Positions 30,768 through 38,166 of a stretch of DNA of 64,000 nucleotides are shown one piece after another. The translations under genes and the position numbers were made by a program. The stretch's first letter is position 1. The number at the start of each line of letters is the position of its first letter. The notes beneath the pieces are model-generated. The model did not search any database, had not been told where the DNA came from, and was given only the letters and a program-made list of their open reading frames with translations. The stretch is from Sulfurimonadaceae bacterium (GTDB lineage: Bacteria; Campylobacterota; Campylobacteria; Campylobacterales; Sulfurimonadaceae): NCBI GenBank assembly GCA_041571435.1, contig JBFFUI010000005.1, forward strand, positions 1-64,000, read 5' to 3'.

Positions 30768-31337
30768 ATGTATAACATCGACAATATAACTTTAGAACCA
30801 TGCAGTGATTCCGCTTTTGTGAAGCTGGAGCGGATGCACTATACCCAAGGCGGCGAGAAAAGGAGTTGGGACCTTGCTCAGGTCCATGACAGTGTGGCGG
30901 TCCTTATCTATCATACGAGCAAAAATGCTTTTGTGATCGTCAAACAGTTCCGGCCGCCGGTCTATCTTAAAAACAGTGACGGATTTACCTTTGAGCTTTG
31001 TGCCGGGATCGTCGACAAGAACCTGTCGCTTGTCGAGATCGCCCAAGAAGAGATAGAAGAAGAGACAGGTTATGCCGTACCTGCAGAGAGAATCGATAAG
31101 ATCACCTCGTTTTATACATCGGTAGGGTTTGCCGGGGCAAAACAGGCGCTCTACTATGTTGAGGTTGATGATGATGACAAGGTGCATGATGGCGGCGGTA
31201 TTGATGTTGAGGCCATCGAAGTGGTCTATCTGCCTGTCGATAAAGCTAACAGCTTTATCTTTGACGAAAGTATAGTCAAAACACCGGGCATCATGTTCGC
31301 CATGACCTGGTGGTTCAGTGAGAGAAAACTCTCTTAG
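30768..31337 (+). CDS. NUDIX hydrolase (NudK/ADP-sugar pyrophosphatase-like)
   Basis: KQFRPP, ELCAG and EEIEEETGY Nudix box. Confidence 0.9.
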   Translation: MYNIDNITLEPCSDSAFVKLERMHYTQGGEKRSWDLAQVHDSVAVLIYHTSKNAFVIVKQFRPPVYLKNSDGFTFELCAGIVDKNLSLVEIAQEEIEEETGYAVPAERIDKITSFYTSVGFAGAKQALYYVEVDDDDKVHDGGGIDVEAIEVVYLPVDKANSFIFDESIVKTPGIMFAMTWWFSERKLS

Positions 31338-33367
31338 AATTTGTAACTGGCATTGACGTAGTAGTAGCGACCCGGTTCATTCATTAACATCACCTCGTCA
31401 CCACCCGTAAGCAGTGTAAGGTCGCTATAAGTATTTGAGACAGCATAGGTGTTGTTCAAGACATTGTCCACACCAACCGTGATCCCGAAACCATATGGCA
31501 GTTTGTGGTCTACTTTCAGGTTTACGACGCTCCAGGCAGCCAGCTCCTGCTCCCCGTTATCACTGTCATAGTTGCGCCATCTATCGGCGGCAACAAATTC
31601 GACAGTCGCCGTACTCTCCTGGTAATAGACATAGTTCAGTGTTACGTTACCTTTAAGCGGTGGGATCTCTGCAAGGTCGATGTCGGTCTGACCTGCCAGC
31701 GGTGCATCTTTTTCACCGCGCTGATAGGCGATACCGAAATCGAAAAAGAGGTTGTCAAGCGGATAGTAGCTTCCGGTGATTTCTAAGCCGTAGATGGTGG
31801 CATCGATGTTCTGGAATGCATTTACAGCTTGACCCCCGCCATTGACGTTGCTGGCGTTGAAGTAGATATAGTTTTTCAGCATGCTGTAGAACAGTTTTGT
31901 TTTAAGAGAGAAGCTTTCATACTTGTTCTCCATCCCCAGGTCGACTTCATAGTTTGTTGTCTGATCAAGGTCCGGTGTACCTGCTTCATTCCCCATAAGT
32001 CCGTAAAAGTAGAGCTCTCTTGCATCCGGAACACGAGATGCTTTTCCCATGCCTCCAAAAAAGCCAAGGTTCATTGTCGCCTGGTAGTTTGCAAAGATGT
32101 TGGCACTTACAGATTGATAGTCATTGTCCGGTTGATCACTTGACGGCGTGATCTTGGTATTGTCATAACGTAAGCCGTACTTGATAGCAAGATCGGATAT
32201 CTTTTGGTTGAGCTCGGCAAAGAGAGCAGCATTGACGGTGTCGACATCCGTTATGCTGGTATCGCTCCACATCGGATTGATAGTTGAAGCCGGATCGCCA
32301 TTTACGGTGTATTCCCCATCCCAGTTACGTTTACTGCCGTCAAGGCCTAGTTTTAATTCCAGATTATTGCCGATGTCTGTAGTGTTGATGAGTTTAACAC
32401 CTTGTATATCGGTCGTCAGTTTACTGACTTTAATACCGCCTTGCGGAAGTGGCAGTGTACTTGACACTCTGTACTCGGTTGTCATCGGATGTTCAACGTC
32501 GGAGTAGTAGTATTGCAGATCTAACTCTTTGGAGATCATACCGATGTTGCGGATGATATACTCCGCCGTATAGAGGTTCGAGTCATCATAAAGTGCATCC
32601 ATCTTGCTTGAGGGGTAGAGGATGTCGTCGCTGCGGTTGGCGGTGTAGCCGAGGCGAAGCTCTTGGTCATCGGTGATGTTGAAAAAGAGTTTACCCATCA
32701 AAGTCTTTTTAGTATAAGCATCCATATCACTGTATTGGTCCTGGTAGTTGGCACCAGCGGCTGGATTATTCAGATAGTTACTGACCTGCTGGGCAAAATC
32801 ATTACCGTCTCCATCTTTGTACTGACCGCTGGTCTCACCCGACATGCTGAGAAGAAGTTTGAAACGATCCGTCCCGCCTGTGATCGTACCGGCGGCTTTT
32901 TGGTAGCCAAAACTTCCTGCACCGAAGTTGATGTCACCGTGGATACCCTCTTCAGGTTGTTTAGTCGTGATCTTGACGGCACCGCTTAGCGTGCCGAAAT
33001 TCTCGACGTCGTATGGGCCTTCTGTGATCTCAATACTTTCGATATTGTTCGTCAGGATATGTGAGATCGTCGGATCCATACGGTTCGGGCAGGCACCGTA
33101 GATCTTGCCGTCGTCGATCAGAACGTTAATGTTGTCTTTTTTCTGTCCGCGCAGGATGATATCGTTGGCGATGCCGCTGCGACGTACCAATGAGATCGAG
33201 GGTACTTTATGTGAAAGTGCTTCCGCAGCGTCGGCAGACTTGATCTCTTCACCGCTGACATCTTCAAGTGTCGTACTCTCAACAGAGATCGTTTCCATCT
33301 CGACTTCGGCTGCACTGAGTACGGCTGCACAGACAAGCGACAGGTATATCATTTTTTTCATTTTCAT
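31334..33367 (-). CDS. TonB-dependent receptor, OprC/NosA-like (copper)
   Basis: Signal peptide, plug motif GACPNRMDP (CxxxM), HPM (HxM) in the barrel region, C-terminal EPGR...ASYKF. Confidence 0.85.
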   Translation of the reverse strand: MKMKKMIYLSLVCAAVLSAAEVEMETISVESTTLEDVSGEEIKSADAAEALSHKVPSISLVRRSGIANDIILRGQKKDNINVLIDDGKIYGACPNRMDPTISHILTNNIESIEITEGPYDVENFGTLSGAVKITTKQPEEGIHGDINFGAGSFGYQKAAGTITGGTDRFKLLLSMSGETSGQYKDGDGNDFAQQVSNYLNNPAAGANYQDQYSDMDAYTKKTLMGKLFFNITDDQELRLGYTANRSDDILYPSSKMDALYDDSNLYTAEYIIRNIGMISKELDLQYYYSDVEHPMTTEYRVSSTLPLPQGGIKVSKLTTDIQGVKLINTTDIGNNLELKLGLDGSKRNWDGEYTVNGDPASTINPMWSDTSITDVDTVNAALFAELNQKISDLAIKYGLRYDNTKITPSSDQPDNDYQSVSANIFANYQATMNLGFFGGMGKASRVPDARELYFYGLMGNEAGTPDLDQTTNYEVDLGMENKYESFSLKTKLFYSMLKNYIYFNASNVNGGGQAVNAFQNIDATIYGLEITGSYYPLDNLFFDFGIAYQRGEKDAPLAGQTDIDLAEIPPLKGNVTLNYVYYQESTATVEFVAADRWRNYDSDNGEQELAAWSVVNLKVDHKLPYGFGITVGVDNVLNNTYAVSNTYSDLTLLTGGDEVMLMNEPGRYYYVNASYKF

Positions 33368-33400
33368 TCTCCAGACTTTCTCTTCGTATAAGTTGGGCAA

Positions 33401-33431
33401 AGTATAAAAAAAGAGTGTTACATTAGTGTTA
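33401..33431 (-). promoter_or_regulatory. -10 (TATACT) with AGTGTTA direct repeat
   Basis: AGTGTTA at 33414-33420 and 33425-33431 (11-bp period) just upstream of minus-strand TATACT (33401-33406). Confidence 0.45.
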
Positions 33432-33468
33432 AAAAAGGTGTGTAAAGAGAAGGTTGGTGCAGAGTGGC

Positions 33469-34137
33469 TCAATGACATTCGATGAGGTAGCCGATTTTGG
33501 AGGATGAGATGATATTCAACTCAGGTAGCTTTTTTCGAATCCGATAGATGAGTTGGCGGAGTGATTCGTCATTGCATACATCGTCTTCCCAGATATGCCG
33601 TTTGATTTCATCGCTGTGCACGACATTGTTACCGTGTTTAAAGAGCAGGGAGACAAGTTTCAACTCGTTTTTACCCAATTTGACAAGGTTGTCGTTGTGT
33701 TTGATCGTATTGTGCTCCGGATTGAAGGTATAGCAGCCTGATCGGTAACTCTCTTTTTCCGTTGGCAACGCACTCCTGATAGATTGCGATGCGAGCAGAA
33801 TCGCCGCTTCAATGTCGGGTTCACTGACGGGTTTGATAAGGTAGCCGAGCGGAGAGACATCCATAGCATCTTGTATGGTCGTGCTGTTTTGATAGGAGGT
33901 GATAAAGATCGAGCGGATGTTGTGATCGCGATAGATTTCCTGAGCACATTGGATCCCATCGAGTCTGCCGTTGATCTCGATATCCATAAGAACAAGGTCT
34001 ACAGATGTTTTATCCAACAGGTCAAAGAGGGGTTGGGCACTGTCAAAGCTGCTAAGAACAGTGTGCCCCAGGTCTTCGAGGGTTTCTGTTAAAAAAAGTG
34101 CCGTCAGCGCGTCATCTTCTACGATCGCAATATCCAT
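33469..34137 (-). CDS. response regulator (REC plus winged-helix DNA-binding domain)
   Basis: IVEDD, LMDI, GYLIKP; C-terminal LRQLIYRIRKK...GY. Confidence 0.9.
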   Translation of the reverse strand: MDIAIVEDDALTALFLTETLEDLGHTVLSSFDSAQPLFDLLDKTSVDLVLMDIEINGRLDGIQCAQEIYRDHNIRSIFITSYQNSTTIQDAMDVSPLGYLIKPVSEPDIEAAILLASQSIRSALPTEKESYRSGCYTFNPEHNTIKHNDNLVKLGKNELKLVSLLFKHGNNVVHSDEIKRHIWEDDVCNDESLRQLIYRIRKKLPELNIISSSKIGYLIECH

Positions 34138-34275
34138 CTGAACCTTTACCCTGTGAAATTGCTACTATTATATGGATTCGAGTTAAAAAAAACGCCGCCA
34201 CAGCATGAAAGAGATCGCATTTTGGCCGAAAATGTAACTTTTTTCTCACTTTTTTGATTTACACTTGCATCCAAC

Positions 34276-34402
34276 AGCACCTCTGAAAGCCCTATGTTGT
34301 CTACGCCACTGAATGAAAGCGTAAGAGTGTATCAACGCAATATGCCTAATCATGTTGCGTTGACATATAAACGAAACATAGCATAGGGTGTTCAGAGGTG
34401 CT
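34276..34402. mobile_element. 127-bp MITE-like palindromic element
   Basis: Perfect 12-bp terminal inverted repeat AGCACCTCTGAA/TTCAGAGGTGCT, continued by CCCTATGTTGT/ATAGCATAGGG; two internal hairpins; no coding capacity. Confidence 0.6.
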
Positions 34403-34421
34403 AAAAAATCAAGGAGTAAAG

Positions 34422-36266
34422 ATGAAAGAAAATTCAACGGAGGAGATCAAGCAGATGGCCCAGGAAAAAGCTCAACAGGCTAAAACAGCAGCAAAAGAGA
34501 AGCTCGATCAGGTCAAGAACATGTCGGCAGATGAAGCGAAAGAGTTGGCAAAAGAGAAGGCTGAACAGGCGAAGAAGCTGGCTGCCGAAAAGCTTGAACA
34601 GATGAAAAAGATGTCGGCTGACGATGCCAAGAAGATGGCGGAAGAGAAGATGGCAAACTTGAAGAAAATGCCGATGATCAACAAGATCAGCTACGGTGCT
34701 GCAACCGCAGCCATCGTCTTGGGAATGGTCTTTATGTTCTCAGGCGAGTCATCGTCAAGTATCTCTTCTGATGGCAAATGGGAGCTTTTTACCTATAACG
34801 GGGAGTGTGAAGAGGGTGATCTGGTCGAAAAGAAAGATCAGCGAACAAGAGAACTACAATGTAAGATCGGTGAACGCGAATACACTGTCTTGGACCAGGG
34901 ATTGTATGCCGACGGGAAAGTATCATACGAAAAAGCTTATGACCTTGCCTATAACAACGAGAGAGAGTCTGCCGAAACAAGATATGCATTCCAAACAAGC
35001 TACAACGCCAAGGGCGAGATCAAAGGCAAGACGACGTATGTCAACAAGTTCAATAACTCCGATGACTTACAGTCGATGACAACGGAAAATTATATAAAAT
35101 ATGACAACGGCAAGATGAAATACAAAACGACGTATGCGGTCAAGCAGAATGACGACGGACGCTGGGTCTCTTTAATGGAAAAAGACTATAGAGGCTTTAC
35201 CAATGGCAAGTCAAAAAAAGAAGTGTCGTATGAGATCAAAAAAAATAAAGATGGAACGTGGGCTTCGTTGGAAAAAAGCAAGGTTAAGTTCAATGATGCT
35301 GGTCAAAAAACCGATGAAGAGACCTATGCCATGCAGCAGAATAAGGAAGGCAAGTGGTACGCGGCACCTGTCAAGATTTACGCTGATTCTTACTCCGGGA
35401 TTAATACAGACCTTGTGCTGAAAGAGAATAGCAACGGTCGTATTGATTCTTATACAGTGGCTAAAAAATCTGTTGACTGGAACGAAACTAAACCACATCG
35501 CGTCATGGCGACCTATGAAGTGGTCCAGGATGCTAACGGCCAGTGGAAATCGCTTCTTAAAAGTGAGAAATCAAGCACAGGCGGCTCTTTTTACCATACT
35601 GAAAACGTGATCAAAAAAGACAGCAAATCGGGTAATTACAGCGCTTTGGCAACATTGAAGGGGTACTACAACAGGGCTGATGGTAAAAACATATTGAGCA
35701 GAAACACCAGCTATAAAGTTGTTGAAAACGATTCAGGCAGATGGGTTTCATTACCGATAAAAGAGGAGAAATACAACAGAAAAGGTGTATTACAGGAAGA
35801 AACGACATACGTGGTCTTAAAAAATGCGGCGGGCGATCACGATAAGTATAAAGTATCTTCCAAATACTACAGTAAAGACAGCAAACTGTCATATTCTGCA
35901 ACCTATGAAACCAAACAAAACGATGATGGCAAGTGGGTTTCAGTTATGCTCAAAGAGGAAAAATATAGCAAAGGCGCATTACATAAAGAAACGACATATG
36001 TGGTTAAAAAGAGTGCCAGCGGTGATCACAAAAGTTTCAAAGTATCTTCTAAAGAGTATCGTCAGAATACCCTGCAGCATACTGAAACTTATGAAATCAA
36101 ACAAAACGATAGTGGTACATGGAGCAGTTTGCTAGTCGATTATAAGTCTTACGAATACGACAGAAAACAACAACGTTATACCAATATGCTAAAAAGACAA
36201 GACAAATACGAGCTTTTCAAAGACGATAGAGGCTGGTGGCGAAACAAACGCATCAAAAAGAGCTAA
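34422..36266 (+). CDS. membrane-anchored protein: helical K/E/A-rich N-terminal repeats, one TM, ~14 beta-hairpin repeats
   Basis: AAGGAG RBS; repeating (T/S)Y-x-(V/I)-K-Q-N-x-x-G-x-W-x-S units. Confidence 0.85.
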   Translation: MKENSTEEIKQMAQEKAQQAKTAAKEKLDQVKNMSADEAKELAKEKAEQAKKLAAEKLEQMKKMSADDAKKMAEEKMANLKKMPMINKISYGAATAAIVLGMVFMFSGESSSSISSDGKWELFTYNGECEEGDLVEKKDQRTRELQCKIGEREYTVLDQGLYADGKVSYEKAYDLAYNNERESAETRYAFQTSYNAKGEIKGKTTYVNKFNNSDDLQSMTTENYIKYDNGKMKYKTTYAVKQNDDGRWVSLMEKDYRGFTNGKSKKEVSYEIKKNKDGTWASLEKSKVKFNDAGQKTDEETYAMQQNKEGKWYAAPVKIYADSYSGINTDLVLKENSNGRIDSYTVAKKSVDWNETKPHRVMATYEVVQDANGQWKSLLKSEKSSTGGSFYHTENVIKKDSKSGNYSALATLKGYYNRADGKNILSRNTSYKVVENDSGRWVSLPIKEEKYNRKGVLQEETTYVVLKNAAGDHDKYKVSSKYYSKDSKLSYSATYETKQNDDGKWVSVMLKEEKYSKGALHKETTYVVKKSASGDHKSFKVSSKEYRQNTLQHTETYEIKQNDSGTWSSLLVDYKSYEYDRKQQRYTNMLKRQDKYELFKDDRGWWRNKRIKKS

Positions 36267-36312
36267 GAGTGTTTAGCGCTCTTACAGCAGATGGATAAAT
36301 GAAGGAGTAAGA

Positions 36313-36906
36313 ATGAAAGAAAATCAAAAAGAAGAGGTCACTGAAAAGGCCCAGGAAAAGACGGCGGCAAAAGAGAAGCTTGAAGAGCTCAAGAACATGT
36401 CGGCGGACGAAGCGAAGTCACTGGCAAAAGAGAAAGCAGAAGAGGCGAAGAAGCTGGCTGCTGAAAAGGTTGACCAGATGAGAAACATGTCGGCTGAAGA
36501 TGCCAAGAAGTTGGCGCAAGAGAAGGTGGAACACTACAAAGCGATGCCGATGATCAACAAGGTCAGCTACGCTGCCGCGGCAGTGATCCTGTTGATCTTG
36601 CTAATGTCGATCTTTGGCAAACCTTCTTCACCTGAAGGTCGTGCACAGACGATATGTGAAGCACTTACCGACGGTGACTTTGAAGAAGCGGTTGAATATG
36701 TACAGGAAAAGTATCAGAGAGAAGCACTTGGATTGCTGATGGCATATTCCGGAAGTGAAAAGAATCTGGAAAAAATGTCCGACTATGACTGTAGCATCGA
36801 AAAAACAAAACCTAAAGGCGATAGCAAGATAACAGTCTACTTTGAGAATGCACCATCGATAAAAATGAAACTGGACGAGGATGGTGAGTGGTACTGGCGA
36901 ATGTAG
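36313..36906 (+). CDS. membrane-anchored protein with the same N-terminal module and a DUF4878/NTF2-like C-terminal domain
   Basis: AAGGAG RBS; N-terminus paralogous to 34422; C-terminus SSPE..A..ICEAL.DGDFE.A...Y ... EDGEWY. Confidence 0.8.
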   Translation: MKENQKEEVTEKAQEKTAAKEKLEELKNMSADEAKSLAKEKAEEAKKLAAEKVDQMRNMSAEDAKKLAQEKVEHYKAMPMINKVSYAAAAVILLILLMSIFGKPSSPEGRAQTICEALTDGDFEEAVEYVQEKYQREALGLLMAYSGSEKNLEKMSDYDCSIEKTKPKGDSKITVYFENAPSIKMKLDEDGEWYWRM

Positions 36907-37020
36907 ATCCGCCTTAAGAGTTATATTCTGGCCAAAGAGAGTTGTACAAACTTTCCGGCCCCTCCAGTACTTTCAATAGTTTGATGGCACGAAATGTTTT
37001 CCCCACATCTTTTTAGCTGC

Positions 37021-38070
37021 TTAGAGCACTTGCGCTTTTTTTGCATCAAGTTTGTTTTGGGTGGTTTTGATTTTTTCAGCCGTTTTATAGTCACTCCACC
37101 TGCTTTCAAGAAAACTTCCTTCTACTTTGAGTGTTCGTGTTAATAGCGATTGGGCTGATTTCAATACTTTCATGACTGTAGAATTATCGATTTCTCTATT
37201 GATATATTTATCGAAATATTTATCGATATCTTTATCGATAGTGTCCAAAATAAGGTTTACCTTGTCCGTTTTAAAATCGATGTTAGCCTGAATTTTGTCA
37301 TGATCGTATTTCGCATCAATGGCCTGATCGATGACGTTAAAGTAGCACTTCTCGTCATAAATGATGGTCTTATATTCTTGTGTGACCTCATGCCAGGGTG
37401 CACTATTGGAAAGCAGTAATTCTAAGTAGGCGGGAAAGATGATCTCATCGGGTTCAAAGTCAATATCGTTTGTACTATGTAGCAGATCGGCGACAAATTT
37501 TGAGCAATAGCTGTCGTCCAGGAATTTATTTTTGATCTTTTCTTTGCTTGACCACCAGTACCACACTCTTTTTAATGCATTCGTGGCATAGTTTTTACCG
37601 AGTTCAAACTTTATTTTCAGAAGCTTTTCACCGAAAGCATACAGGGGAAGTTTGTCGATAATCTTTTGCTTGATTGCTGGATTACTGTCCAGATCGTCGA
37701 TATTATACTCGCGTTTTATATGGGCCTGATACTTGTCGGATAGATCCGAAAAATCTTTTATGCCGCTGTGTTCTAAAAAATCATCTTTTCTGTAAACTTT
37801 GTATTCCAAGCCTTTGGAAATATACTCGTCGAGGGTGGTATAGACGACGGCTTTTCCACCTGCGGCATGGATGAACATTCCTTTGTCCATGGAGATTAAT
37901 ACATGAGAGAATCGCGGATCATTGTAGGGTCTCTGTTCTTTACAACGACATAGATAAAAACACAACCACTTCCAACCGTAGATAATATATTGGGCTACTT
38001 TGACCCATTTTGAAATTTTTGTGTCGCCTTTGATAAAAATGACGTCACCCGTTTTGATCTCTGGCGGCAT
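37021..38070 (-). CDS. permuted papain-like NlpC/P60 (YiiX/YebB, peptidase C92-like) protein
   Basis: GDVIF, FSHV and IHA precede YCSKFVA (His before Cys, the permuted order); AAGGAG RBS; AT-rich. Confidence 0.75.
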   Translation of the reverse strand: MPPEIKTGDVIFIKGDTKISKWVKVAQYIIYGWKWLCFYLCRCKEQRPYNDPRFSHVLISMDKGMFIHAAGGKAVVYTTLDEYISKGLEYKVYRKDDFLEHSGIKDFSDLSDKYQAHIKREYNIDDLDSNPAIKQKIIDKLPLYAFGEKLLKIKFELGKNYATNALKRVWYWWSSKEKIKNKFLDDSYCSKFVADLLHSTNDIDFEPDEIIFPAYLELLLSNSAPWHEVTQEYKTIIYDEKCYFNVIDQAIDAKYDHDKIQANIDFKTDKVNLILDTIDKDIDKYFDKYINREIDNSTVMKVLKSAQSLLTRTLKVEGSFLESRWSDYKTAEKIKTTQNKLDAKKAQVL

Positions 38071-38166
38071 GTCTCTCCTTTACAAAACAGGTATGGTAAT
38101 AAGATTAGTATTAAAATAATCAATAAAATCACGAAAAAAATGACTGTTTTATTATAAGATACACCC

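Noticed and set aside
34290-34390. Hammerhead ribozyme reading (GTC ... CTGAATGA ... GAAAC)
   Set aside because: The core is CTGAATGA rather than CTGANGA, only 7 nt lie between GTC and the core so stem I cannot form, and stem III pairs in the wrong register.
34422-36266. CRISPR array or RHS toxin interpretation of the repeats
   Set aside because: The repeats are degenerate in-frame protein repeats without unique spacers, there are no cas genes, and there is no RHS core PxxxxDPxG motif or toxin tip.
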